From contig NIVC01002302.1 in NCBI GenBank assembly GCA_002269645.1, positions 1 through 64,000 on the forward strand: a stretch of DNA of 64,000 nt, read 5' to 3'. Positions 27,901 through 51,664 of this stretch are shown in pieces. This stretch comes from Macrostomum lignano (taxonomy: Eukaryota). Made by a program: the position numbers and the translations under genes. Position 1 is the stretch's first letter, and every line of letters begins with the position of its first letter. Under the pieces are notes generated by a model. The model did not search any database. It saw only the letters and a list, made by a program, of their open reading frames with translations, and had not been told where the DNA came from.

Positions 27901-30900
27901 CCAATGCGATAACCTCTGACGCTTGCAGGTGATGGAGGAGGACCGGCGCAAGAACTCCGGCCAGTACGAGACCGGACAGCAGCTGGGCCAGCCGCCACCG
28001 CTTGTTAGCACAGATTTTGTTGCGGTCGATCGCGGCGGCTGCTCGCCCCGCTTCATCCGATCTACTCTGTACACCGTGCCCTGCACGTCCGACTTATTGA
28101 AATCCACTCACATACCTCTGGGCCTGGTTGTGTCTCCGATGGCCGAACTGGCGCCAGGCGAGGCGCCAATCTACCTGTCTGACCTGGGCGCCAGCGGCCC
28201 AGTTCGCTGTATCCGATGCAAGGCCTACATGAGCCCCTACATGACCTGGCTAGACGGTGGCCGACGATTTCAATGCGCCCTGTGCGGCGGCACAACCGAC
28301 ACGCCCGAGACGTACTTTGCCCATCTGGACCACACTGGCCGCCGGATGGACACCTATCAGAGGCCCGAGCTGCACCTGGGCTCCTACGAGATGCTGGCCA
28401 CTGCCGAATATTGCAAAGGCGGTATCTTGCCCGGCACGCCTGGCCTAGTGTTCATGATCGATGTCGGATATCGGGCCGTGAAATCCGGTCTAACTGCGCT
28501 TGTATGCGCTCACATCCGTGATAGGGTGCGCACTTGTTTCATTTGTCTTTAGTATATGTTTAGTTGCATCACTATATGAAATGTCCAATTCCAGAATCAA
28601 CATGTCCATTTCCGGAATCAAAATGTCCAATTCCAGAATCAACATGTCCATTTCCGAAATCATAATTTCTTTTCCGGAATCAAAATGTCCATTTCCAAAA
28701 TCAAAATGTCCAACTCCAGAATCAACATGTCCATTTCCAAAATCAAAATGTCCATCGCTGGCATCAAAATGTATATCTTCGGAATCAACATGTCTATCTC
28801 CGGAATCATCATGTCCATATCCGGAATCATCATGTCCATCTCCGGAATCATCATGTTCATCTCCGGAATCAACATGTTCATCTCCGGAATCATCATGTCC
28901 ATCTCCGGAATCATCATGTCCATCTCCGGAATCATCATCATGTCCATCGCTGGCATCAACATGTTCATCTCCGAAATCATCATGTCCATCTCCGGAATCA
29001 TCATGTCCATCTCCGGAATCATCATGTCCATCTCCGGAATCATCATGTCCATCTCCGGAATCATCATCATGTCCATCGCTGGTATCAACATGCTCATCTC
29101 CGGAATCATCATGTCCATCTCCGGAATCAACATGTCCATCGCTGGTATCAACATGTTCATCTCCGGAATCATGTCCATCTCCGGAATCATCATGTCCATC
29201 TCCGGAATCATTATGTCCATCTCCGGAATCATCATGTCCATCTTTAAATAATTCGAATGTCTCCATTCCCTAAATCAAAAGTCGCCATTCCCTGACAAAA
29301 GTCCCCATTCCCTGACAAAAGTCCCCATTCCCTGACAAAAGTCGCCATTCCCTGACAAAAGTCGCCATTCCCTGAATCCCTGACTCCTGCGCAGATCCTG
29401 GACCTTCTGCCGCGCGAAGAAGGCCAAGAAGATTCGCCCAGCGCGCTGCGCGTTGGATTCGCCACCTACGATCGAGTGATCCACTACTACAACCTGAGCC
29501 CGGGCCTGTCCCAGCCCCAGATGCTGCTAGTGACCGATCTCGAAGACGTGTTTGTGCCTCTAGTTGACGGTTTCTTAGTCGATCCGAGCGAGTCCGAGTC
29601 TCAAATCGGCCAGCTGCTCGAGGCCATCCCGCAGCTATTCAAGGACACGGCCGAGACCGAGTCGATTCTTGGCCCAGTAATCGAGAGCGGTATCGACGCG
29701 TTCAAATCGGCCCAGTGCCCGGGCAAACTGATCGTGTTCCACACCGGATTGCCGACTGCCGAGGCGCCTGGCAAGTTGAAGAATCGCGACGACAGAAAAT
29801 TGCTCGGCTCGGACAAAGAGAAGACTCTGTTGAGTCCGGCTTCCGACTATTATACTCAGCTGGGACAGCGCTGTGTTGAGGCTGGGGTCGGAGTTGATTT
29901 GTTTGTCTGCTGCGACTCCTACGTTGATTTGGCTAGCATTGGCCAGGTGCCATTTGTCACTGGCGGCTCGTTGTACAAGTACACCTACTTCCAGGTGCGT
30001 CCGCTTGCTTAAAGTTTTATCTTAACACTCATGGGGCTATTTACAATACAATGAAACCAGTGAAGGAAGGTGTTCATTAATCAAGAGTGGCCGTTTATGA
30101 GGCTGTTTATTTAGTCCATTGGGCAATTCATCATGTCATGGAGGCTGTTTATTCAGCCAAGAAGGGTATTTATGTTTTGAAGTAGGCTGTTCATGTATTC
30201 AATGAAACTGTTTATTAGCGAATGGACAATTTATCAAGTCATGGAGGCTGTTTATGTACTCGTAGTTAAGGCAGCTGCTTATGTAGTTATGAAGCCAATG
30301 AGGCTGCTAATGTACATGCAGTCAAGTAGGCTATTTACATGTGCAGTCAATTAGGCTATTTACATGTGCAGTCAAGTAGGCTATTTACATGTGCAGTCAG
30401 GGAGGCTATTTACATGTGCAGTCAGGGAGGCTATTTACATGTGCAGTCAGGGAGGCTATTTACATGTGCAGTCTGGGAGGCTATTTACATGTGCAGTCAA
30501 GTAGGCTATTTACATGTGCAGTCAAGTAGGCTATTTACATGTGCAGTCAAGTAGGCTATTTACATGTGCAGTCAAGTAGGCTATTTACATGTGCAGTCAA
30601 GTAGGCTATTTACATGTGCAGTCAGAGAGGCTATTTACTTGTGAAGTCAGGGAGGCTATTTACATGTGCAGTCAGGGAGGCTATTTACATGTGCAGTCAG
30701 GGAGGCTATTTACATGTGCAGTCAGGGAGGCTATTTACATGTGCAGTCAGGGAGGCTATTTACATGTGCAGTCAGGGAGGCTATTTACATGTGCAGTCAG
30801 GGAGGCTATTTACATGTGCAGTCAGGGAGGCTATTTACATGTGCAGTCAGGGAGGCTATTTACTTGTGCAGTCAGGGAGGCTATTTACTTGTGAAGTCAG

Positions 30901-33900
30901 GGAGGCTATTTACATGTGCAGTCAGGGAGGCTATTTACATGTGCAGTCAGGGAGGCTATATTTGTAGTCAGGTAGTAGCACAGCCTGCCCGCTCTCCTCT
31001 CCCCAAATCCCAGGCCAGCACCCAGGGCCGCCAGCTGTCCCTGGACATGGAGCGCGCTGTCCAATCCAGCCGGGCTTTCGACTGCGTCATGCGCGTCAGA
31101 ACTAGCGCCGGCACTCGGCCAGTTGATTTCTACGGCGGCATGTACATGGCCAACACTACGGACGTTGAGACTGGCGTATTCGGCTCTGACAAAGCCGTAG
31201 CGCTCGAGATTAAACACGACGACAAACTGGCCGAAGGTGAATCGGTGCTCATCCAGTGCGCTCTGCTCTACACCGGCATCGGTGGTCAGCGCCGGCTTCG
31301 AATTCACAATCTGGCCCTGGCAACTAGCGCCCAGATGCCCGACGTGTTCCGCTCCGCTGAACTGGACGCCCTAATCAACCTGTTGGCTAAATCGTCTCTT
31401 CATCAGTTGTTAAAACGCGGGCCTAAAGAGGTGCGCGAATCGTTAATTAGCCGCTGCTCAAACATTCTGGCGGCTTATAGGAAGAATTGCGCCAGCAATA
31501 CCGGGCCTGGTCAGCTGATTCTACCCGAGCTGATGAAACTGCTGCCGCTCTATATCAATGCTATCATCAAGAATGACGCCTTCCAGACCGGTGAGTGTTT
31601 GACCGGGTTGCTGTTATCCAGCCACCCCGGAGTTCTTGAGCGGCTTGCTGCTATCCAGCCATCCCGGAGTCCTTGAGCGGGTTGCTGCTATCCAGCCATC
31701 CCGGAGTCCTTGAGCGGGTTGCTGCTATCCAGCCACCTCTGAATCCTTGACCGGGTTGCTGTTATCCAGCCACCTCTGAATCCTTGACCGGGTTGCTGCT
31801 ATCCAGCCACCTCTGAGTCCTTGACCGGGTTGCTGCTATCCAGCCACCTCTGAGTCCTTGACCGGGTTGCTGCTATCCAGCCACCTCTGAGTCCTTGACC
31901 GGGTTGCTGCTATCCAGCCACCTCTGAGTCCTTGACCGGGTTGCTGCTATCCAGCCACCTCTGAGTCCTTGACCGGGTTGCTGCTATCCAGCCACCTCTG
32001 AGTCCTTGACCGGGTTGCTGCTATCCAGCCACCTCTGAGTCCTTGAGCGCCACCTCTGAGTCCTTGAGCGCCACATCTGAGTCCTTGAGCGCCACCTCTG
32101 AGTCCTTGAGCGCCACCTCTGAGTCCTTGAGCGCCACCTCTGAGTCCTTGAGCGCCACCTCTGAGTCCTTGAGCGCCACCTCTGAGTCCTTGAGCGCCAC
32201 CTCTGAGTCCTTGAGCGCCACCTCTGAGTCCTTGAGCGGGTTGCTGCTATCCAGCCACGAGTCTGCATCAGAGACAAGTCAGTTGTTGCCTGTTATCTAA
32301 ACCCTATGCGATTAGGCGTACACAATGCTGAAATATTAATTAGAGTTAATGCTTTAAAAACCAACGGCAGCGTACACTAAACATTAGCTACATTGTTACG
32401 AAATCATTTATTAAACGGATCAATTGGCACACATTATGTGAAATTTTTTGCAAAATTACTAAAAATTTAAGGCTTCTGCGCCGCCTTCATGCCAGAGATT
32501 TGCCACCCATCCGGTGGAATTGGTAAATGGCGGATTATCTTTGTAACTAAGCGTATTTATTGTCTATAGTTAATGGGATGGTAAAGGTACTTCACTGCCC
32601 GATTATTGGTTAACTTTAACTCGACTCTTAAAGACGAAAATTCTAACTCTACATGCACAATATGGTGTTGGATTGCCTTATTTAATAAAACTAGCTAAAT
32701 GGTCTGGTGTTTTTACTCGTACTTATCGCGCTACTGTCAGTAGGCTAAAATGACAATCATTATTTATTGTGCACAAAACAATCACCCGGGCAGGCTCGGA
32801 TGTATCTACTGACGATAGATCCTACCTGATGTACCTGTGCGAGAGCATGGACGTCTTAGCCTCGAATGTGTTCTTCTATCCGCGCCTGATGCCGCTGCAC
32901 GATCTGCCACCAGACTCTCCGGATAGTGAGCAGCCGACTCTGCCAGCGTTCATTCGCTGCTCCGTTGAACGTCTGGATCAGCGCGGCGTCTACCTGCTCG
33001 GTGAGTGGTCTGCGACACAATTGTTGTTTTTGCACAACTAGGGTCAACTGGCAGGCGCGTCGCCACCGGGGGGGGACATGCCAATGCTTCCCCACCACCC
33101 CATCTTGTGACCCGTTGTGGTAATCAAAATAATTTTTCTTCAGGGCGCCAAAATATAGTGCCTGCGGTGCTAAAATGAGTGCCTGTAGTGCTAAAATGAG
33201 TGCCTGCGGTGCTAAAATGAGTGCCTGTGGCGCTAAAATGAGTGCCTGTGGCGCTAAAATGAGTGCCTGTGGCGCTAAAATGAGTGCCTGCGGTGCTAAA
33301 ATGAGTGCCTGCGGCGCTAAAATGAGTGCCTGCGGCGCTAAAATGAGTGCCTGTGGCGCTAAAATAAGTGTCTGCGGCGCTAAAATGAGTGCCTGTGGCG
33401 CTAAAATGAGTGTCTGCGGCGCTAAAATGAGTGCCTGTGGCGCTAAAATGAGTGCCTGTGGTGCTAAAATGAGTGCCTGCGGCGCTAAAATGAGTGCCTG
33501 TGGCGCTAAAATGAGTGCCTGTGGTGCTAAAATGAGTGTCAGTGTCAAAATGAGTGCGTGCTAAAATGAGTGCCTGCGGCGCTAAAATGAGTGCCTGTGG
33601 CGCTAAAATGAGTGACTGCGGCGCTAAAATGAGTGTCTGCGGCGCTAAAATGAGTGCCTGTGGCGCTAAAATGAGTGCCTGTGGTGCTAAAATGAGTGTC
33701 AGTGTCAAAATGAGTGCGTGCTAAAATGAGTGCCTGCGGCGCTAAAATGAGTGCCTGTGGCGCTAAAATGAGTGACTGCGGCGCTAAAATGAGTGCCTGC
33801 GGCGCTAAAATCAGTGCCTGTGGCGCTAAAATGAGTGCCTGTGGCGCTAAAATGAGTGCCTGCGGTGCTAAAATGAGTGCCTGCGGTGCTAAAATGAGTG

Positions 33901-35127
33901 CCTGCGGTGCTAAAATGAGTGCCTGCGGCGCTAAAGTGAGTGCCTGCGGTGCTAAAATGAGTACCTGTGGCGCCAAAATGAGTGCCTGCGGCGCTAAAAT
34001 GAGTGCCTGTGGTGCTAAAATGAGTGCCTGTGGCGCTAAAATGAGTGCCTGCGGTGCTAAAATGAGTGCCTGTGGCGCTAAAATGAGTGCCTGTGGCGCT
34101 AAAATGAGTGCCTGTGGCGCTAAAATAAGTGTCTGCGTCCTGCGGCGCTAAAATAAGCGCTAACAGCCGGATTCTAAAATAATGGAAATGTAGGAATTTA
34201 GTCATGTACATGTTGAAGCCTTGGTTTTGTCCCCCCCACCATAAAATCCATGGCGACGACCCTATCAACTGGGGTATTTTGTGTCAAAGTTGATTTTTTT
34301 AATTGTAATTTGTTGAATTGACCGCCGCTTGACAACACTTAATTTTCAGACAACGGCCTGGTCATGTTCCTGTGGGTAGGACCGAGCGTTGATCCGCACT
34401 GGATTAACCAGGTGTTCGGCGTTAATTCGCTTGAAGAAATTCAAAAGGACATGGTGAGCTTCAACGGCTTGATTAGGCACCCTATTTTTGCTGCTGATTA
34501 AGCTGTAGCAGTAGTGTAAATAGTACACGCGAATTATTCTTTTTAGACTGAACTGCCCGAGTTGGACACGCCGCTGTCTATGCAGATTCGCGGCGTTATC
34601 GATCTAATCAGGCGGAAACGACGGCGTCATATGAGGGTAAATCACTTACTTATTGCCTTTCTGCACCTGCTTTTCTCCTTTTTAGCCACATAATAAATAC
34701 TGTAATAACTAGATGGGCCAAGCAAATATGCGTGTAAGCTACTTTCAGTTCAGTAGTAAGTTAAGAAATGCATTTAAATGTATCTTTTTTTATATCTTTG
34801 AACCCCTACCGCGTCTTCCCAAACAAAAATGTACATTCTATTTGCTAATCATCACTCCAACTGTCCTTCTTTGCCTAAAATAGCTTACTCATTCTTCCTT
34901 ACTACTGAGAGTAGAGAAACAGCTATATATTATATAGTATGCGACTCTAACTAATCATGACTTTAACGTGTCGAATTCTGCAGCTCTTCGTAGTCCGCGC
35001 TAGGGACAAAATGGAGCCCTGGTTCCTCAACTTCCTGGTAGAAGACCGCGGCGTCAGCAACGGCTCGTCCTCCTACGTTGACTTCCTGCTGCACATTCAC
35101 AAGGAGATTCGCAGCCTACTCAGCTAA
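24957..35127 (+). CDS. SEC24C: COPII coat protein SEC24C/D; exons 24957-25132, 26044-26133, 26604-27086, 27408-27588, 27929-28525, 29395-29994, 31014-31590, 32794-33000, 34350-34453, 34547-34636, 34984-35127
   Basis: Pro/Gln-rich N-terminus; GCSPRFIRSTLY; zinc finger RCIRCKAYM...CALC; trunk FMIDV, VGVDLF; AFDCVMRVRTS; GPGQLILPELMKLLPLY; DNGLVMFLWVG; ends YVDFLLHIHKEIRSLLS*. All introns are GT-AG and phase-compatible. C versus D subfamily is not resolvable. Confidence 0.93.
25245..25830. repeat. 21-bp intronic minisatellite (SEC24 intron 1)
   Basis: Unit TCCGAAATCTAGAGGTCTCTA. Confidence 0.95.
28575..29245. repeat. About 21-bp degenerate intronic minisatellite (SEC24 intron 5)
   Basis: Unit CCGGAATCATCATGTCCATCT. 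Confidence 0.9.
29262..29375. repeat. Short 21-bp array just upstream of the 29395 acceptor
   Basis: Unit CCATTCCCTGACAAAAGTC(G/C)C. Confidence 0.85.
30315..30960. repeat. 25-bp intronic minisatellite (SEC24 intron 6)
   Basis: Unit CATGTGCAGTCAGGGAGGCTATTTA. Confidence 0.95.
31598..32260. repeat. 37-bp minisatellite contracting to a 21-bp derivative (SEC24 intron 7)
   Basis: GCTGCTATCCAGCCACCTCTGAGTCCTTGACCGGGTT, then GCCACCTCTGAGTCCTTGAGC from about 32040. Confidence 0.95.
33145..34160. repeat. 21-bp intronic minisatellite (SEC24 intron 8)
   Basis: Unit GCGCTAAAATGAGTGCCTGTG. Confidence 0.95.
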
Positions 35128-35339
35128 TTTATTAGCCAGTTTATTATAAACTAGTGTCAAAGACTTTTGCTGGCTCTTGGAGTTTTTCGACTTTCTGAGA
35201 CTTGACCAATTAATATAGCTTAGATATTGATTCAATTACTATTAATTAATACTTGTGTCCCAGCAATCACACCTTCACTACTAGGCCTAGTCTAGAATTG
35301 TCCCGTTAAAAACGTTTCCGTGAAAAGATTCGCTAAGGA

Positions 35340-35760
35340 CTCAAACTCAAACGACTGTAATGCCACTGTTGAGTCACGAGTGCATCACGTGAGTTGCATA
35401 ATAGTAAGAGTCTTGAAAAAGTCGTCAAAGGGTCGTTGTGTTAACACTTAACTTTCTACTTAAGCAGACTAAAGAGTTGTTATAAATGCGAAATGCGATT
35501 CTAATTCATAAATTGACGCAGATGCGCTTTAGACGCAACTCAGTGATTCTGCAGCACGCCTCAGATAGGACTCTACGGCCCCAGAGTCATTATAGAAGTG
35601 CCTCAGCTGTTTCAGAGTCGCAGACTCTTTGACGACTTGTACCGAGACATCTCATCGTTTTAGAGTCGTCTAAGAAGAGTCTTTCCTATTTTACCTGTAA
35701 CGACTTTTAACACGACTCTGGGGGCGACGCTTCTTTGCCTAGGTACCGTTTTCATCGGGT
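35340..35760 (+). mobile_element. Dispersed non-coding repeat; inverted copy at about 57545-58020
   Basis: Shared TTGACGCAGATGC(G/A)CTTTAGACGCAACTCAGTGATTCT...CTCAGATAGGACTCTACGG...GTTTCAGAGTCGCAGAC...GGTACCGTTTTCATC. Confidence 0.75.
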
Positions 35761-35899
35761 GTGCCCAGATCAATTAATATGTTGAGAGAGAGTTCCAAAA
35801 CCATTGCTAGAGCATCAGTTATAGACTAGGCCTGTTTAGGTTTCCCCTACTGTTGAAAATGTCCCCAATTTTATTTCTGCATGTCAGCCCGAGTGTGCG

Positions 35900-36600
35900 A
35901 GCGAATATAATAGTTTAATGTTATTGAACTTGTGTCTGTCTGCTTTTTCGTGTGCGCCCAGACTTACTATAGGTATTTGTAGCCTACCAACTCTCTCCCA
36001 TATCGGTGTCTGGTCAGAGTACAACACAATACGCATGCTTTATTCTATAATTGTTTTTCCCTGTTTACCTGCCTCCTTCCACCCTTCCGTATCCGATTGA
36101 TTTTTGGTTGATAATTTGATCCGCTATCGTTGTTGCTTTTCTGTTAGATTTTCATTAAGGGGATTCAAAAGGCCTTGCCAAGTTGAGCATGCAAATTCGA
36201 ACTAAAGCCTGCTTATAATAGTTCCAGATTGTCTTGAAATGCCAGCGTGTGGCTTCTTGAGCTTCTATATGCGCTCAGTTTATTTAGCTTTTTCATTATT
36301 TTTCTGCGGTTATCTTCAGCCTGTCCGCATCTGTTGCTGTTTAATCCGAGAATGCTATTCTGATTCTGTTCTGTCGTTATTTATTTAATTGTTAGCACTA
36401 GGGCTCCGTTATCCATCATCTTTGTCCAGCCTCCTCATTTTTTTGTTTAACCGCGGATATTGGTTTTCTTGTGCTCTCCCGCTTTTTTGGGTAATCTTTG
36501 TTCATTTGACTGTGTTAAATTTACCCTGGTCTCTGTGCTTGCTCGCAATAGAGAACTGTGCTCGCTAATATTTTAATTTACAGTTCTCAGTCCCCCCCAA
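35900..36600 (-). pseudogene. Highly degraded non-LTR (CR1/L2-like) RT C-terminal remnant
   Basis: Minus-strand peptide ERI*KLKKPHAGISRQSGTIISRL*FEFACSTWQG resembles the R..L.KLK...IY...LEYAC.VW motif. Many stops; boundaries are approximate. Confidence 0.3.
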
Positions 36601-36994
36601 TCCATGGGACACAGTAGTTACTCCCCTGCTATTTAATGATTGTGTTTAATTGCTCGTCTGCCGTTCAACCAAGAGCTAGATTCTCTATCTGTGACAGTAC
36701 CTTTGGTTATTGAAAAAGAACTACATTATATGAAGCACTTTTAAACGCCGCGTACAATTCATTATACAATTATTATTATTACTATAGAGAGAGTTTACGA
36801 ACGTCTTTGTTTTCTCGCTTTTCTCTCTCTGTGTTGCAGTTTTGTTGTGGGCCGGTCGTTGAATTATCCGAAATATAAATGCACTAGAAATCGCTGCTAG
36901 CACGGGAACTCCTTGCTGCTGGCCAAATAAAGTAGAGGTTCAACTCTTCAAATGTGGTTTTTGTTCATTAGTTTCTTATCACTTTAACCCATAC

Positions 36995-37819
<825 letters not shown>

Positions 37820-37985
37820 TAACCCATACTGAGTAGGACTGTGGCCTGCATGGCGCAGCAGTGTGATCGGTTGTCGCTCAAATAACCATCACGAGCGTAT
37901 CGGGTGTCCCAAAATTTTTTAACCATTTTAGCTGACTCCTGTTATGCTCTGATCTTCACCTACGCTGTATAACCGATAGAAAATA

Positions 37986-38641
37986 CGAGGGGTGTTCGGA
38001 AAGTTCTGACACTTAATCACAGAGCAAAAGCAGCAGCAGCTGCAAGCACAACTTGGTGTCAGTTTAAAGCGGCACATTTCTTTCCAATGAATTCAGCCGC
38101 GTATATTTTTATTTCATTTAAAAGTTGCGTCAACTCAAATGTACAGTACATCCCTCTTACCGTCCACTCCTGTGTAGAGTATATACTCCGTCACTTCTAA
38201 ACAAATCGCACTGTTTTGCACCTTGCGAAATTTTGCTTAGTGTTTTGATTTTTGTGACTATTGACACCATCATGAGTGTGCAATCGAAAGAAGGCCAAAG
38301 GCACGGAATTCTCAAGCCATGGGAAAAGTTTGTAGCTACAGGTTGAAACTATGTTGAGAAGGCTGCCTTGAAGGTTGATGATGATGATGAATGACTACAA
38401 TTAGTTTCTTCGCTGACAAAGTATCGCTTTTAATATTTTTTAACTTTTACTGTAAGACTATCAGGGCATATTGCGATGGTTTTTCACACAACACGCATAC
38501 AAAAAGCAACTTTTGATTGAAATGACCAAAATACACGCGGCTGAATTCATTGGAAAGAAATGTGCCGCTTTAAAATGAGACTAATGTTGTGCTTGCAGCT
38601 GCTACTGTGATTAAGTGTCAGAAATTTCCAGACATCCTTCG
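37986..38641. mobile_element. Mariner-type MITE with about 140-bp TIRs
   Basis: TA|CGAGGGGTGTTCGGAAAGTTCTGACACTTAATCACAG...GCGGCACATTTCTTTCCAATGAATTCAGCCGCGT mirrored at 38527-38641|TA. Confidence 0.85.
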
Positions 38642-39644
38642 TATTAAAACTACTTTAAAAGAGACAAGAAGTCCTTAACTATACCAAACGCTCTCCCCTT
38701 ATGTGTATACATATATATGTACGAGTAGAGTGCAGTTAAGATTCCATCATCCAATCAATGTCAATCAATTACTAAGGTTGGTGCCGGACTGTCTCAAAAT
38801 TCGCCTTTCAAATTATTACATTACCGGAAGTTATAGTTGCGTGCACTATCCCTGACAAAATACTACCGTGTAAACAAAATAAATAAGTGTAAGCTACTTT
38901 CAGTTCAGTAGTAAGATGCGAGGTCGTAACTAGCAAGTAACCCAACAAACTTACCCTAGAGTAAGTCCATTTATAGTGAGTCAATTGTTGGCAACTACAA
39001 GCCAATATCAAATAAAAAAGTCGAGCTTTTTTAAGAAACCGAATTAGCACTTAGTATTGTAGAAAAGAACTGATACACAAATTGTATTATTAGAATAGGC
39101 TGACACTAACGCACGCACTATTTACAATACAACACAGTGCAATATCGGTGCGGTGTGTGAATTTCTAATTGGTCAGGTTTACACAATAATAACTGATTAA
39201 CGCGATTCTTGGAATACAAAATTGAAACCCGCGGCTACATGTAGTGTAGCTAACAAAAGCTGAACAACAACATGAGGAATGAAGTAGAAGCAGAAACGTG
39301 TGTAGCTTTGCAACACAAGAAAGCATACATCACTATTCCTGCTTCGTTTGGTCTTTGTTTATTCTTCTTTCTACTGCAATAGCCAAAATGAATGCATTGT
39401 AATGCTGCAAAGCGTAAAAAAGTACATGAAATAGCCAAGCAAAGCAGAATAAATTCATTTTAAACATTTTCTATTAAAAATCTAATCCGAAACCGACTTC
39501 ATAGAAAACCACAGATACTACTTGTATATAGATGTGCAAATTAAGTTGTCTAAAAGTAGAGCGTCTAATCTTTTTCAGTAGTTTATCGGCGCAGTATGAC
39601 TTAAATTTCATGTGGCTATCTTTTAAGTGACTATCTAGATATAG

Positions 39645-40160
39645 CTCAGCCAATGAGAAAGCAGTAAGGAAAGAAGTCAAAGTTAGACGGACGAAACTCA
39701 ACCAAGGGGGCAGACCCAATCTAGCTTAGCCAATAAGAGAGCAGTAAGGAGAGAAGTCAAAGTTAGACGGACGAAACTCAACCAAGGGGGCAGATCCAAT
39801 CTAGCTTAGCCAATGAGAGAGCAGTAAGGAGAGAAGTCAAAGTTAGACGGACGAAACTCAACCAAGGGGGCAGACCCAATCTAGCTTAGCCAATAAGAGA
39901 GCAGTAAGGAGAGAAGTCAAAGTTAGACGGACGAAACTCAACCAAGGGGCAGATCCAATCTAGCTTAGCCAATGAGAGAGCAGTAAGGAGAGAAGTCAAA
40001 GTTAGACGGACGAAACTCAACCAAGGGGGCAGACCCAATCTAGCTTAGCCAATAAGAGAGCAGTAAGGAGAGAAGTCAAAGTTAGACGGACGAAACTCAA
40101 CCAAGGGGGCAGATCCAATCTAGCTTAGCCAATGAGAGAGCAGTAAGGAGAGAAGTCAAG
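39645..40160. repeat. 80-bp tandem repeat with alternating A/B variants
   Basis: Unit CTAGCTTAGCCAAT(A/G)AGAGAGCAGTAAGGAGAGAAGTCAAAGTTAGACGGACGAAACTCAACCAAGGGGGCAGA(T/C)CCAAT. Confidence 0.95.
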
Positions 40161-40685
40161 TCAGACACAAGCGGGCAAGAGGAAAACCTAAGAGGATCCT
40201 CGACTGTCGGTCTTAAGTTAATTTAAAATAATAATAATTTCGATTCTGGGGTAGAAGCAGGATCAAGATGTTAATTTAATGGGTTGCTTGTAGAAAGCGA
40301 GAGGCGATTGTTGCAGCTTTTAAAACTTTCAATATAGGCAAAACGCTAATTTGCTACTGAAAAGTAGATTAGTGCATTTTTGCGAGTGGCATATCTAGTT
40401 ATTGTACTCTTAGTATCTGTGATGAAAAAAAAAAAACTTAAGAAGAGTTATAAATAGCTCAAGACTGGCCCTGCCCTGCAGTTTCGCAGCTATAATAAAT
40501 AATCTACTAAAAACAACTACTTTATATACCTGGGTTGCTGTGGCTACTTTAAAAAAGACGTTTCAGTTTTCAGTTTTGGTTGAAGCTCTCAAACTGTCGG
40601 GAGTAATTATATACTAGAGTGGGAGAGGGCTCAAAATCCGCTGATTAGGCCAATCAATGATTGGCAGTCAGAAACTGTCAGGCGC

Positions 40686-50375
<9,690 letters not shown>

Positions 50376-51664
50376 TATAATTGAAAAAAGAAACTTAAAA
50401 AGATGCAAAACCAGAATTATAAACAGAAATAATTGATTCACGAATACTTATTAAAATGTAGAACACAATAAATTCACTAAAATAGCAATACACTACCTAT
50501 CATGTTGATAAAAAATGATGATGATAATACTTAAATTGTACGCTTTAAGTGATTTTAAAATTTCACAATAAATAAATATGCAAATCATATGCAGGCAAAT
50601 GCTTTTTCTTACAATTCTATGTACTACTAAAAATATAATTTAAGCTTTAGCATAGAAATTAACAGTTCTTTTACTTTTTATACTTTGTTCTATTGCTCTA
50701 ATAGCTATCGTTTTTAAAGGTTGAACTTCGTGGAATTTTCTCAAACTATCATAGTAGATGTATAATGATACTCAGTCGGGCAGATTGTAAGTGTTAAATG
50801 CTTATCTTGATAGTTATCACTTAAAAATCCTTTCTATTTAAATGGCAATAGCAACAATGTGATATATTGGGATAGGGTTATTTCTTCTATCCTAAAACTG
50901 TCACTAAGAGAAGACCTATCAAAAGTATAAGTATAAATCTAAACATTTTTTTTCTTTTTGAAAACTAATTAATTTACTATATTATAATAATCCTAGGCCT
51001 AGTGAAGTCCACCGATGTTGTGATAGAGCTGAATTTATTTTTATCTTGGCCCTTGCCACAAAAGTTTTGCTACTTTATTATAAAATTCATGGTTTATCCC
51101 TTATATATTTTATATATACCCATATTATAAATATTGATTATTACAAGATTTAAACAAAATGTACTCATTGAAAAGTCAAAAGCAATTTATTACTTTGCAT
51201 TTGTGTAATACATTGCTCTTAAAAATTAGGAATCTTGGCTGTTTTATCCTTAAACAATTGTGGCCATGGGGGACAATTTGCCTTTAGTAAGACAATTTCA
51301 CCCATAGTCTATTTTGTTTACAAACCAGTTTAGCTATAAGCATTTTGGCCATAATGCTGAATGTATAGTATACAGATACATATTTTAGTATTAAGCTATT
51401 GTATTATAGTATAAATAAGCTATTGAAATCTATAGATTTTGAACCCATTGAATTCTAATCCCTAGAACTATTTTTGCAAAAAAATAAAATTAAAGTCATA
51501 AACAAAAACTTGTTAATAGTTAAGAGAGAAGTTTGAAAATATAGAATAAATTCATGTTAAATTAAGATTTCAGGCAAGAATTGATCATATTGTCTAGGAT
51601 GCCACTCAAAATAAGTCTAGGCCTTATCTAAACATGTCCTATGTTAGCTTTAGCAAACTGTTGG

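Noticed and set aside
28490-29273. His/Asp-rich (DSGDGHD)n and Ser/Pro/Cys-rich ORFs
   Set aside because: They arise from a stop-free 21-bp minisatellite open in several frames on both strands within a SEC24 intron.
32856-34268. (ALILAPQ)n and (SACGAKM)n ORFs
   Set aside because: Translation of a 21-bp intronic tandem repeat.
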